A stretch of DNA of 64,000 nt, from assembly GCF_009914755.1 (NCBI RefSeq), contig NC_060931.1; one strand, given 5' to 3'. How positions within the stretch are numbered: the stretch's first letter is position 1; each line of letters begins with the position of its first letter. Source of the DNA: the human T2T-CHM13v2.0 reference genome, Homo sapiens. A program made the translations under genes and the position numbers. The notes below the pieces were generated by a model. That model made no database searches, was not told the origin of the DNA, and worked only from the letters and a program-made list of their open reading frames with translations. Below, in pieces: positions 32,651 to 64,000 of the stretch.

Positions 32651-34025
32651 CTCTTTTGGTTAAAGAAACCTACAAAGGGACCTTTTATAGTGACTTCAAT
32701 TTTATGGAATAATTGTAATGCTCCTAAGGCCGTTGTGCTCCAAAGTCTAGCCGCAGGTATTGTTATTGATTGGGCTCCAAAAGGGCATTATTGGCAAGAT
32801 TGCTCCAGCAAAAATACCTCATGCTCAGAGTTTAATTATTTGTTAGATTATGTAGAGGATGGATGGCAGTCATACAGGCTGAGACAATGGGTGTCCCCTT
32901 ACCTATTTAAATGGATGGATGCAGGCATTACTCCTCCTAGACCAAAAATGATTCATCCCTTTGTTACCCCAGAACATCCTCAACTATGAAAATTAGCTGC
33001 AGCTATGACAGGAATAAGGATATGGAACACTACCTATCAACTCCTTCACACTAATACCAAAACACCCACATTCAACATCACCCTCATATCTGAACGGGTG
33101 ATACCCATCAGGAGCTATGTCAAACCCCCTTACATGCTGTTGGTTGGAAATATAATTATCATTCCCAATACACAAACTATAGAATGTGATAACTGTAAGC
33201 TGTTCACGTGCATTGATGCTACTTTTAATCCCACTACAAGTACTCTCTTGGTAAGGGCTAGGGAGGGGGTATGGATACCAGTTTCTTTACATCGTCCATG
33301 GGAGTCTTCCCCCTCTATTCACATAGTCAATGAAGTTCTTAAAGGTATCCGCAAAAGAACAAAGAGATTTATTTTTACTCTTATTGCCATCATTGCAGGA
33401 CTAATTGCGGTTACTGCAACAGCAGCAACTGCTGGAGTTGCCATCCACAATTCTGTTCAAACCGTTCAATATGTTGAATTGAAGCATGGCAGAAAAACTC
33501 CTCCAGACTTTGGAATTCTCAGGCTCAAATTGATCAAAAATTAGCTAATCAAATTAATGATCTCCGCCAAAGTGTAATCTGGCTGGGAGATATGAATTTG
33601 GAACACCGTATGCAATTACAGAGTGATTGGAATACTTCTGATTATTGCATAATGCCTTATGCTTATAATAAATATCAACATAGCTGGGAAAATGTCTCAA
33701 GACATTTAAAAGCCTGGGATGATAACTTAACCTTGGATATTTCAAAACTTAAAGAGCAAATTTTCGAGGATTCACAAGCTCATTTATCCACTGTTCCTGG
33801 CTCAGACATTTTTGAAGGCATAACTAAACAATTATCTGATCTTAATCCCTTTAAATAGATCAAACCCCTTGGAGGATCATTGTTGTCACTGGCATTATTA
33901 ATATTGGTATGCTTACGTTGTCTCCTTTTAGCCTGCAGATGCCTCCAAGGAGTCCGAAAACAAATCCGAAGTCAACGACAAGCAATGATGGCGATGGCGA
34001 TCCTAGTTAATAAAAAGGGGGGAGA
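32651..34025 (+). pseudogene. HERV-K-class (HERVK13/HML-4-like) env remnant, disrupted
   Basis: ORFs 32630-32989, 33005-33544, 33592-33858 and 33880-34074; furin site and fusion peptide [33 protein letters not shown]; polypurine tract AAAAAGGGGGGAGA at the end. Confidence 0.88.
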
Positions 34026-35073
34026 TGTGGGCGGCAAGCCATCCAGGTGCCAAGCCAAGAGACCGAGGGCATGAGTTGTTCCAGTATAATAAAATATATA
34101 AAACAACAAGAGTTATACTAGATCTAGATCATAGATATGATTATATATCAATATCATTAATCATTAGTTTTTTCCAAATTTATTATTCCAATATTATAAT
34201 ATTATAATAATCCTCCAATATTATAATTTATTCCAATATTATAATAATCTTCGCTGCATAATCATAACCTAAGAAAAACCAGGCCATACAGAGATAGGAG
34301 CTGAGGGGACATAGTGAGAAGTGACCAGAAGACAAGAGTGCGAGCCTTCTGTTATGCCCAGACAGGGCCACCAGAAGGGCTCCTTGGTCTAGCAGTAACG
34401 CCAGTGTCTGGGAAGACGCCCCTTGCCGAGCGGACGGTGGTCTAGCGGTAGCCTCAGTGTCAAGGAAAACACCCGCTACTTAGCTGACCGGGAAAGGGAG
34501 TCTCCCTTTCCTTGGGGGAGTTTAGAGAAGACTCTACTCCTCCACCTCTTGTGGAGGGCCTGACATCAGTCAGGCCCGCCCGCAGTTATCCAGAGGCCTA
34601 ACCGTCTCCCTGTGATGCTGTGCTTCAGTGGTCACGCTCCTAGTCCGCCTTCATGTTCCATCCTGTACACCTGGCTCTGCCTTTTAGATAACAATAGCAA
34701 ATTAGTGAAAGTACTAAGTCTCTGATAAGCAGAAATAATGGCATAAGCTGTCTCTCTCTCTTCCTCTTTCTCTCTGCCTTGGCTGCCAGGCAGGGAAGGG
34801 CCCCCTGTCCAGTGGACACATGACCCACGTGACCTTACCTATCATTGGAGATGACTCACACTCTTTACCCTGCCCCTTTTGCTTTGTATCCAATAAATAA
34901 CAGCGCAGCCAGACATTCGGGGCCACTACCGGTCTCCACGTCTTGGTGGTAGTGGTCCCCGGGGCCCAGCTGTCTTTTCTTTTATCTCTTTGTCTTGTGT
35001 CTTTATTTCTACACTCTCTCGTCTCTGCACACGGGGAGAAAAACCCTCCGACCCTGTGGGGCTGGTCCCTACA
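34026..35073 (+). mobile_element. LTR13-type 3' LTR
   Basis: TGTGGGCGGCAAGCC...GGTCCCTACA termini, directly after the polypurine tract; AATAAA at ~34892. Confidence 0.85.
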
Positions 35074-35448
35074 CCAATCTACCATAACAGATACCTCAGC
35101 CAACTGTTGAAGTTATCACTGCACACCAGGCCTGCCAGAATCCCCCAAGACTCTTGTGTTTTCACTGCGCAGCCCCAATCTGGCCCAGTAACCAACCTCA
35201 GCTTCCCAGCCCTCCATTTCCCTGAGTAAATACTGCCTGGAAACAATCCTTGTACCAATCTCTGTATCCGCCAGGAGTATTTGTTATTGGAAACGTAATG
35301 CAGTTCTGACCTTAAGCAGAAAATAAACGTATTTATTGGTTAGCTCTCAGAATCCACAGAAAGGATGGAGAACCCAGGCTCAGAATTCCAGAGGAGCCCA
35401 ACAGTCAAAATCACACCTGCAACCGGCCCAGTAAATATACAGAAGCTG

Positions 35449-35463
35449 CCAGCAGGGGGCAGC
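35449..35463 (+). promoter_or_regulatory. CTCF-like motif (forward)
   Basis: CCAGCAGGGGGCAGC matches the CTCF core; motif match only. Confidence 0.55.
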
Positions 35464-36283
35464 AGAGGCCACAGCACGGGATCTACAACATCCCGGGGGA
35501 CTGAAGCTCAAGACGCCCCCCGCAGCTACTGCAGCCCCACTGCCCCGGGAGCTGGCAGTTGCAACCCCTGCCAAGACCACCAGAAAACATTGTCCACTGT
35601 GCCCTCCTCTTTGTTTCCCTAACACTTGACCTGATATCCAAGGCAGTAGCTTCGACTTGCTGAGCATAAACCCTGTGCACACCTGCTCGTTCTATTGCCA
35701 GGGAGGCTGCAAAAGGAGGATGCGGCTATTTCTGCTTCCATCATGGAAGGCTGGGATTCCACAGGCACCTAAAGGAAAGAGGGAGAGATGGGAATGGGAA
35801 TGTCCTCCAGACAGCTCTGGCAGGATCGGATGTGGGAGAGTGAGGGTCCCACCCCAGCGGGGGTCTACCCATGTCCGTGTCTTGGACATGTTGAGAGTTT
35901 TTCCAGAAGGCAGAGATGAAGTGTGGTCTGACAACACCCAAGTGACCCCAGAGGGTGTCATAATAGACTGGAAGGGCGACACATCCCAGGCACCTGCCAC
36001 CCATCACACACACCTCCCACACACTGGCATCCTTCTGCCCCAGGCACACACAAATCCTCAGTCCAGAGATCAACTGTCTCAGCTCTGAATTTGCATATCC
36101 TGTGTGTAGACTCACTGATCACAACCTCTGCCCAGCCTGGCTTGTGCATACTTCTTTCTTACTGTCAGGGGAGGAGCCCGGCCTGGTACTCCCATTGGCC
36201 TGTAGATTCACCTCCCCTGGGCATGGCCCCAGGACCCAGGATAATACCTGTGCCTCCTGCCCAGAACCTTCCAAGCAGACACA

Positions 36284-43052
<6,769 letters not shown>

Positions 43053-43885
43053 GAAGCAAGGGCTGGAGGCAATGTGGGATCTCAGCCCCAGTAGCTGCCC
43101 TTCCTGCCTGATGTGGGAGCTGAACCACCGAAATCACGGTCAATGGATCCTCAAGGCCCAAGGAGCAGTGTGGGGGGACAGACAGGAGGTGGATTTGGAG
43201 ACCGAAGACTGGGATGCCTGTCCTGAGCTGACTCGGACCCAAAAACCATCTCACCTTGAACCACCCCCCGCCATTGTCTAATCTGTGGAAACTAATAAAT
43301 AATCATCTCTCTTTGTCAAGCACGACAGAGAACAGTATTAACTGTAAAATGCTATAGAAATGTGATGTGATTTTCTCATTGGTCCTGCTCCCAAGCACTG
43401 AATTCATCTGAAACTCTTGGTTTCCCTTGGAGGCCATGGTTCCTGGGCACCCTGACTTGGGCAATCCCAAGCATGGCCCGGACCCGCTGTCCCTTAGGGA
43501 TTGTTCAGGTGTCCCCTGCTGACATCCACAGGCGTGGCCATGGCCACTCTGGCTGTGAGGTGCTAGAACCCTGCAAGCTCTTTCACACAGCCAAGCCTCT
43601 TCTGTGCCTCAGTTTCCCCACACTTCTTGGCTTCCTGGGAGACCCAGCCCTCCACTCCAGCTGCTCCACATCTCCACACCATGTTGGCCTTGGCCCACCA
43701 GCCAAAGCTTATTTGAGAGCTCTCAGCTCTCCAGGGTACAGCTCAATGAAGCGGGAATTGGCCCTGAGGTTCTCAGACTCCCTCTGAGTCCCTGAGAGTG
43801 AGTTTCCTCAAATGAGTCGCCAACTGCCATGCACAGGTATCAACCCCAAACACACAGCAGAGCTCTCACCTTGACCTTCTCATGA

Positions 43886-44260
<375 letters not shown>

Positions 44261-44742
44261 TAGCGACAAGAACTTTCTTTACATCCTATACTCAGCCTCC
44301 CACTCTGGATTATTCCAAAATCCATCCTCCAAGCTGGGTTCCATAGAAGAATCATTCCCAGTCTTTGGAATTCTGAGTTAATCATCTTATCTTTCATGAA
44401 AGCCTAAATTTGAAGGCTACAATTTTTTGTTTTAACTCTTCGACTCCAATTTGAAAATCAAAGCTGAGAAATTACTTTTTTTTTTAAAGTCTACATGAAA
44501 TCCACCTTTCTCCCTTCCAGGGCAAAAACATCCTATATGAACAGTAGCCAAGTTCAGGAAAGAAAATGCAAATAGTCGCCAGGCGCGGTGGCTCACGCCT
44601 ATAATCTCAGCACTTTGGGAGGCCCAGGCGGGCGGATCACGAGGTCAAGGATCAAGACCAGCCTGGCCAACATAGTGAAACCCCGTCTTCACTGAAAACA
44701 CAAAAAATTAGCCGGGTGTGGTGGTGTGTGCCTATAATTTCA

Positions 44743-45006
<264 letters not shown>

Positions 45007-45445
45007 TTAAACATTTAAGATCAACGAAGAAACCAAAATCCACATGATCAGACCAGGGCTAAGGAAAATTGGAATAGGAGATGTGACCTCATCTATAACA
45101 GGAGACATGGATGATGATAAAGGAGGAGAGAGAAGCCACAGGATTCAAGTCCTGGGCAGGTGTGGGGCAGGAGGAGAGGGACACAGGGCTACTGAGATAC
45201 TCAGGGAAAACTTCCTGGAGCAATTCGGATTTCAGAGAGATGTGGAGGCCTAAGACAGCTTGCCAAGTCGAGGTCAAAAGATTTCCATGCAGAATGGGAT
45301 TTTACATTCCCTGTTCTTTTGAGTCTCCAGTGCCTACCAGAGAATCAAATATACAATAGGTCCGGGCACAGTGGCTCATGCCTGTAATCTCAGCTCTTTG
45401 GGACGCCAAAGTGGGAGGATTGCTTGAGCCAGGAGTTCCAGATCA

Positions 45446-45685
<240 letters not shown>

Positions 45686-45971
45686 TTAATACATAATTTC
45701 TGGATGAATCAATAAATACGTAAGCAAAGGCAATAGAAAGCACTAAATATTTCTGACGACCACGAAGAACCTTTTGGCTGGGACAGTGAATTCTACTGGG
45801 AAAGAAGTTTGAAAAAGCAAAGCTCAGAGAAATTGAAGAGGACCTTAACATATGTATACCTTGCTATACCTGATTGATGTCTTTTGCCTGATTCAGTGTG
45901 CATCATTCCTCCAGCCTACCTGGGAACTATCCCCAGGAGAGTCCACCAGAGAGAGACAAGATAGTCTAAGG

Positions 45972-46489
45972 CAGGGGTCCCCAACTCCCGGTACCCGTTC
46001 ATAGCCAGTTAGGAGCCGAACCACGCAGCAGAAGGTGAGCTGCAGGGTCGAAGCTTCATCTGTATTTACAGCTGCTCCCCCACCCCCCGACCATTGCTCC
46101 AATTACCGCCTGAGCTCACCTCCTGTCAGATCGGCAGCAGCATTAGACTCTCACAGAAGCACGAACCCTATTGTGAACTGTGCAAGAAAGGTATGTAGGC
46201 TGCCCGCTCCTTATGAGATCTAACGCCTGATGATCTGTCACTGTCTCCCATCAACCCCAGATGGGACCATCTAGTTGCAAGAAAACAAGCTCAGGGCTCC
46301 CACTGATTCTACACCGTGGCGAGTTGTAGAATTATTTCATTATATATTACGATGTAATAATAATAGAAATAAAGTGCACAATAAACGGGATGCACTGGAA
46401 TCATCCCAAAACCATTCCCCTCCCCAGTCCGTGGAAAAACTGTCTTCTACGGAGCCGGTCCCTAGTGCCAAAGAGATTGGGGACCGCCG
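45972..46489 (+). mobile_element. MER1A-type hAT-Charlie DNA transposon
   Basis: Terminal inverted repeats CAGGGGTCCCCAA and TTGGGGACCGCCG, ~520 bp. Confidence 0.8.
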
Positions 46490-46560
46490 GCTTAAACAAA
46501 GAGGTCTTTTTCTCAAGCAGGTTCCAATCAGCGCTAGGCCGGATTCGCTATGGCTTTTGC

Positions 46561-46576
46561 CTGCCCCCTAGTGGTC
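46561..46576 (-). promoter_or_regulatory. CTCF-like motif (reverse)
   Basis: Minus strand reads GACCACTAGGGGGCAG, a near-consensus CTCF core; motif match only. Confidence 0.6.
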
Positions 46577-46716
46577 AAGGAAATAGTTGCAGCCAAGTGT
46601 TAGGATCCAGTCCTTGAGAATTTGGCTCAAAGCCTGGATGCAAAGGCCATGAGATAACGGTCATCCGGTCTTCCTCGCACAACTCACACAATTCTCGCCG
46701 TCTTTTTTTTTTTTAA

Positions 46717-46935
<219 letters not shown>

Positions 46936-47257
46936 TGATCCACTCGCCTCGACCTCCCAAAGTGCTGGGATTACAGGCATGAACCACGGCGCCCAGCCAA
47001 TTCCTGCCTTTTATTATGGAGGAAAACCTCCGCGGGATTACAGCACACCCAGTGGACGTCTGTTACCTCATCGAACTTGGGTCCAACCACCGGGTGCTGC
47101 AAACACTGACATGTGGAGAAATGAGAGAAACTGAGGCATTTATTGCAGGGTGCCAAGCAAGGAGAATCAGCCAGCTCAAGTGTAAGACCTAAATTCCCCA
47201 ATGGCTTGTAGGTAAGGGTTTTTAGAGGCAGAGAAGCAGAAGTTACAGGCAAAGTCA

Positions 47258-47404
<147 letters not shown>

Positions 47405-47707
47405 TTAGCCAGCTGTGGTGGTGCACGCCTATAATCCCAGCTACTCAGAAGGCTGAGGCAGGAAAATCTCTTGAAGCCGGGAGGCAGAGGTTGCAGTGAG
47501 CAGAGATCGCGACACTACACTACACCCTAGGCGACAGAGCAAGACTCTGTCTCAAAAAATAAAAAATAAATCACTCATAACCTGGTGCAATGGTTCACAC
47601 CTGTAATCCCAGCACTTTGGGAGGCCGAGGCAGGAGGATTGCTTGAAGTCAGGAGTTTGAGACCAGACTGGGAAACATAGCAAGACCCCATATCTATAAA
47701 AACATTA

Positions 47708-48659
<952 letters not shown>

Positions 48660-48950
48660 GCCATCCATCGGCCTGGTCAGCCTTGTTCCATTTCAGAGAC
48701 CATGTTCCCCACAGCCCCAGTGACTAGGGGTGACATCTCCTGACCTCCCCCACCTGTGGATATGGCCAAGTCGAGGTACCGGTTAACCAAAGATGCTGAA
48801 GGAGTGAAGAACCAGCCATCCCCTAATACGCAGGATGGTTATATTGATTATGTCAAACTGAAAACTTTGGAGAAACTCCTCTCTCAGAAAGCGATAACTG
48901 GGCCAGACACGGTGGCTCATGCCTGTAATCCCAGCATTTTGGGAGGCCTA

Positions 48951-49247
<297 letters not shown>

Positions 49248-49433
49248 TCACTCTCCCTGGATAACTTTCCCTTTGTCTATAGCTCCAGCCACCACGTCCT
49301 TGCGGATGACTTCCCAGTGCAGATCCCCAGTCTGGGCTACCTCTCGAGTTCAGGCTTGAAATCCTGTCGTTCGGCCAGGCACGGTGGCTCACGCTGTAAT
49401 ATCAGCCCTCTGGGGGTCGAGGCGGGCAGATCA

Positions 49434-49772
<339 letters not shown>

Positions 49773-50824
49773 TTAAGCTAATAGAACAGAATGCAGCTTT
49801 CAGGATTCAGGAAAGATTTTTCTGCACAGGCAAGTCAGTTGCAGTCGCGTGTTATTGCCACCAGAGGACACAATGATCCTGCTAACATGATGAAAGACTC
49901 TCCCAGCGGATTTAATAACAATCTTAGCAATTTTTTATTTATTTTTTTTTTCTTGCTCCGTCGCCAGGCTGGAGTGCAGTGGTGCCATCTCGGCTCACTG
50001 TAACCTCCGCCTCCCGCCTCCTGGGTTCAAGCGATTCTCCTGCCTCAGTCTGCCGAGTAGCTGGGATTACAGGCGCGCACCAACATGCCCGGCTAATTTT
50101 TGTATTTTTAGTAGAGACGGGGTTTCACCATATAGACCAGGCTGGTGGGTGATCCGCCCATCTTGGCCTCCCAACGTGCTAGGATTACAGGGGTGAGCCA
50201 CCGCGCCTGGCCTTAATCTACTTTTTATATCTGTGGTTTTGCCTTTCCTGGTCATTCCATCTATGTTGAATACTACAATACGTGGCCTTCTGTGCAAGGG
50301 CAATTGGTTCCATGCTTAGTCCCACCAGATGATAGATGTTAACCAATATTTACTGATAAGTTGGGGCCTCTCCGACAAGGAGACCAATGAGGCTGTCTCC
50401 TTCAAAAGCATCTCAGCTCTGTCTTGGAGCTTTGAGTTGAGAGTTTTTTTTTCAAGCCAGATTTTACGTCGTTCCCAGACACATTCACAAGCCTTGCTGG
50501 ACCAAAGAAAAAAAACGAGTTAGCCTGGGCACAGCGGCTCACACCTGTAATACCAACACTTTGGGAGGCCAAGATGGGTGGATGGCTTGATGCCAGGAGT
50601 TCGAGACCAGCCTGGTCAACATAGCGAGACCCCCATCTCTAAAAAATAAAATAAAGTACATATACCAGCAATGATGTATAACCGAAAAATAAATAAATAA
50701 ACAAGTTAATATTGAAATGTCATGTTTGCCCCCAACCCAAATAAGCACTATAACCTCTTGTTATTCACTTCTCATGCAACCAGTCTTCTGTTCTCTGTGA
50801 GTCTTTAGGAAATGAGGAGCATGA

Positions 50825-51225
<401 letters not shown>

Positions 51226-51493
51226 TAATCACTCTTTCTGATTTCAAATAACTCATTATCCCCATGACCTTATGGATTTGTTTTTCCTCTTCATCCACAA
51301 AATTCTCCAGAGAAGTCTCCCTTGTTATCTCTTGGCTGTGCTTTCTATCTCACCAGTTATCTTTCTCCAAAGAGCTTCCTCTGCAAAGAAGCTTTGTATA
51401 TGAAGACCATGTGGGGGCTGAATCAAGACCAAGTTTCACAACCTAAAAGTAGTTCACAAAGCTTCCTTGCCTCTATTCTCTGCAAATCTGTAA

Positions 51494-51870
<377 letters not shown>

Positions 51871-52049
51871 TAATTTTATTGAAGAAGCGCTGTACTATTT
51901 CTCACGGGGGCTGCACCATGTTATGTTCCCACCAGCAATGCACAAAGATTCCAATTTGTCCACATCCTCACCAAACACCTGCTATTTTGTTTTGTTTTGT
52001 TGGTGGTGGTGGTGGTTTTTTGTGTTTGTTTGTTTGTTTGTTTTTAGTA

Positions 52050-52276
52050 CAGGGAGAGTATCCCTAATCCAAATATCTGAGCTCCAAAAGTTACAAAACC
52101 AGAACTTGAGGGCCATCATGGCACTTAGAGAAAATGCTCATTAGAGCATTTCAGACTTAGGATTTTGGGATTAGGGCTGCTCAACCAGTAAAGCAAATAT
52201 TCCAAAGTCAAAAAAAAATTCTGAAATCTGAAACATTTCCGGTCCCAAGCATTTCAGATAAGGGATATTTAAACTG
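52050..52276. mobile_element. Tigger4/MER46-type MITE
   Basis: TA-CAG...CTG-TA termini with imperfect TIRs (GTATCCCTAATCC / GATAAGGGATAT). Confidence 0.7.
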
Positions 52277-52637
52277 TAGCCATCCCGACGAGTGTGAGGC
52301 GTCTTCTCAAAAGTCTTGCACACTATTTTGTCTGCTTTGATCTGTCATGTGTTTCCTACCACTTTGAAAGCATAACGAATTTTATCCGTATTCATTTATG
52401 ATGAGAGGCAGTCCAGGCAGTGCAAAGGGCACAAATCGTGGTCCCACAAGTCCTGGCTTCTGACCCGGATCACTGTGAGACCCTGAGCAAGCAAGAACTT
52501 GCTCCAGGCCTCAGTTTCCTTGGTCTCTGGGGGAAGCCAGGATGATAATCAGCCATGCTCCAACCCCTCAGCTGAAACTCAGGCCTGGATGCATTGTAAA
52601 TGGATTTCCTCTTCCACAGGTGAGCCGCTGAATTCGA

Positions 52638-52765
52638 TTCCTTCTTCCTTCCTTCCTTCCTTCTTTCCTTCCTTCCTTTCTTCCTTCCTCTCTTCCTTCC
52701 TTCCCTCTCTCCCTCCTCCCTCCCTCTGTCCTTCCTCCCTCTCTCCTTCCCTCTCTTCTTTCCTT
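52638..52765. repeat. (TTCC)n / CT-rich polypyrimidine tract
   Basis: Direct reading; ~125 nt of pure pyrimidine on the plus strand. Confidence 0.9.
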
Positions 52766-53084
52766 TTTTTTCCTTTTTGAGATGGGGTCTCACTGTGTTT
52801 CCCAGGCTGGAGTGCAATGGTGCAAGCAAAGCTCACTGCAGCCTCTGACTCCAGGGCTCAAGTGATCCTTCCACTTAAGCCTCCCGAATAGCTGGGGCTA
52901 CAGGTGTGCCCCACCACACCCGGCTCATTTTATTAATTCTTGGTAGAGACCAGGTCTCTCTCTGTTGCCCAGGCCAGTCTCGAACTCCTGGCCTCAAGCG
53001 ATCCTCCCACCTCGGCCTCCCAAAGGACTGGGATTACAGGTACGAGTCACTGCGCCCAGGCTTTTCTCCCTTTTGACTCATTTT

Positions 53085-53420
53085 GAGGCCCCCGTCGTAG
53101 GGTACACGCCCTGGGAATCGGGGGTCTTCCAGTATAGGGAACCACCGAGATGCGGGCCCTCCGAAGTCCTAGAGAGGGCGCCTCGGCCGCCGGCACCCGC
53201 CACACTTCCGGCCTTTGTGGGCCGCAGCGACGGCGGTCTGCGGCTGTCGGTTCTGTTTGTTGCTGTCACTGCTGTTTGTTCTTGCCAGCGGCTAGGTGTG
53301 TAGTTGCTTGGGGCTCCTAGCACGAGGCCTCTGTCCCCAGGCACGCAGCGCCAGTCTCCGGCTGTTGCGCCCTGGGCGCCGCCTCTCTCCGGCCCCCCTT
53401 TGTTTCCTGAGCCAGCTGGG
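53085..53420 (+). promoter_or_regulatory. Small CpG-rich, non-repeat promoter-like element with a candidate non-coding first exon
   Basis: High CpG density outside any Alu; ETS motif CACTTCCGG at 53203-53211; candidate donor AG/GTGTGT at 53296. Confidence 0.65.
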
Positions 53421-53943
53421 AAGACTAAAAGGGTGGGTCCTGGGAGCGGCCCATGGTTCGACCCTTCTTTTCAGGCATCCTTGGAGCATGCAGGCTGCAG
53501 ATTTCAGGCCGACCCCGCTAGCACCAAAGTCCATGCTGCTGTCCGTGGCAGCTCAGTTTGAAAATGGCCTGGTAGAAAGTCCAGGTTGTTGAACTGGTAA
53601 ACGCACTCTGCATCCCTTGACTTGAAGTTTTCATTATTCTCTAACGTGCACTTACCCCCAGTAGAGAGCAAATGAAGATTCATACAAGAAATACTGCCTT
53701 TCCCAAAATGGGACATTCCAGCAAGGGTGCCGGTACTGACTTGGGTTAGCTTAAGAGAGAGATGCAGTTGAAAAGCTTGTCGGCAGGGATCAGGGAAGAC
53801 TTCCACTAAGTGGTGTGTATTCAAAGGAGAGGTAGGAATTGGTTAGGTGGACGACATGCTCCACCATCCAAGAAGAACATTCCAGATGGAACTCAGGCAA
53901 AAGCACAAAGTTCGAAAAGTCAGAAGTGCAGGGGAAGTGGTAA

Positions 53944-54255
<312 letters not shown>

Positions 54256-54869
54256 TGAGCCACCTTCCCCGGCCCCATCCTGATAAATGTTTATTCTCTG
54301 TCGGGGAGTGGTGATTAAGATCTGTGTGACCACAGATCACTTCTGCTCAAAATAGCCAAGCCCCTTAAAAAATAAAGGTTTGTTTTCTAGAAATAGTATA
54401 GCAGGAGAACTGACTGCCACTTATTGGCCAATTTATTTAACCTTTCTGACTTTCAAATCCCTTGTTTCTAGGGGCATAGCAATAATATCTTGTAATAGGG
54501 AGGAATGGATTAGGTTAATTTGTAGAAAGCATCCACCACAGTGTGTGTGGCAGGTAGTATTAATACGTCGGAGGTTTATCATTGTTTTTACTGTTAATAA
54601 TCATTAAAAATGTGATAGTATCCCTTCCCATTATGGAGCCTCCTTCTCTGTACAGTAAGCAATGTGGAAAGAGGAAGAGGAGTAAATTCCAGAAAGTGTT
54701 AAGAAAGATGTATGTAGAAATGATAGCAACCTATTCAATTTTCACAAAATTTGAATAGGGCATCATACTGTCTCTTACTATACCCATAAAATATCTTGTA
54801 GCATTTTTATCTGAGTGAAAGCAAGCATGATAATGTATCTTTTAAAAAATAAATATACTTTGTAAATCA

Positions 54870-63392
<8,523 letters not shown>

Positions 63393-63399
63393 TACCTAC

Positions 63400-63658
63400 T
63401 TTTAATTACGTGTAGATTAAGGGGCAGTTAGTGCAGAAATTACTAGGGAAGAGGTAGTAACTTCTAAGTTGTCAGCTCATTGCCATGGAAAGGGGTGGTA
63501 ACTCCCGGGTGTTGCCATGGCAACGGTAAACTGACATGGCACTCTGGTGGGCATGTCTTATGGAAAGCTGCTTCTGCCCTGGCCCCATTTTAGCTAATCC
63601 TCAATTTGGTCCACTGTCCAAGCCCCACCTGCAGAGTCAAGTCCCTCCTCCCACCTCA
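63400..63658 (-). mobile_element. ERV1-class LTR 5' fragment (family uncertain)
   Basis: Minus strand starts TGAGGTGGGAGGAGGGACTTGACTC and contains GTTGCCATGGCAAC. Confidence 0.55.
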
Positions 63659-64000
63659 GCACTGCTAGAAAAGAGCTTCAGGATGGAGCCACACATGTCA
63701 CTCAAGCCCAAGGGTCAGTCAACAGCCCACAGCCCTAAACTCATCTGTCCAATGCCAGACCCTGCAACTGCTGATTTACATGAATCAACTCCATCATGCA
63801 AGCCTCATGACATCCCAATGAGGTAGGTGCTGTTTGAATCCTCATTTTACACTTAGAGAAACTGAGGCTCCAAAAGTTCAAGTAACTAGACCAAGAGTAC
63901 ATGGTACAGACAAGATGAGAACCAAGACCATCTGAGTCCTGCGCCCCTCTACTATACACCATAGCTAGGAAGGATATGGCTTGGGCTGACTTGGGAATGA

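Noticed and set aside
33005-33544. Possible domesticated env ORF (179 aa)
   Set aside because: No signal peptide, the upstream SU is truncated and interrupted by a stop, and a frameshift follows the fusion peptide
34365-34383. CTCF-like site in LTR13 (CCACCAGAAGGGCTCC)
   Set aside because: Spacing appears one base off the core consensus; too weak to call from sequence alone

Overview
Primate (human-like) genomic DNA matching the AZGP1 locus at 7q22.1. The one intact protein-coding gene is AZGP1 (zinc-alpha-2-glycoprotein, MHC class I-like; minus strand, 4 exons, 897-nt CDS). It sits head-to-head with its full-length inverted paralogue AZGP1P1 (plus strand, two Trp-to-stop changes in exon 3). 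Their ~3.5-kb spacer holds a 5'-truncated HERV-K-class provirus (env remnant plus LTR13-type 3' LTR). A third, much older AZGP1-like remnant (exon 2 split by an L1 insertion, plus intron 2) lies at ~1.7-4.3 kb, and a GJC3-like connexin pseudogene follows AZGP1P1. A ~9.7-kb SATR-type satellite (~75-bp palindromic monomer) starts ~240 bp past the AZGP1 poly(A) signal and flips orientation three times. The rest is Alu-dense, with L1, LTR and DNA-transposon fragments, a 230-bp tandem triplication, two convergent CTCF-like motifs and an orphan CpG-rich promoter at ~53.2 kb. I see no wholly new system. The most interesting signals are evolutionary: a gene-conversion mosaic between AZGP1 and AZGP1P1 that spares the alpha1 exon, a possible in-frame exon-skipping product of the pseudogene, and the inverted satellite at the duplication breakpoint. 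All alignments and repeat-family calls were made by eye.
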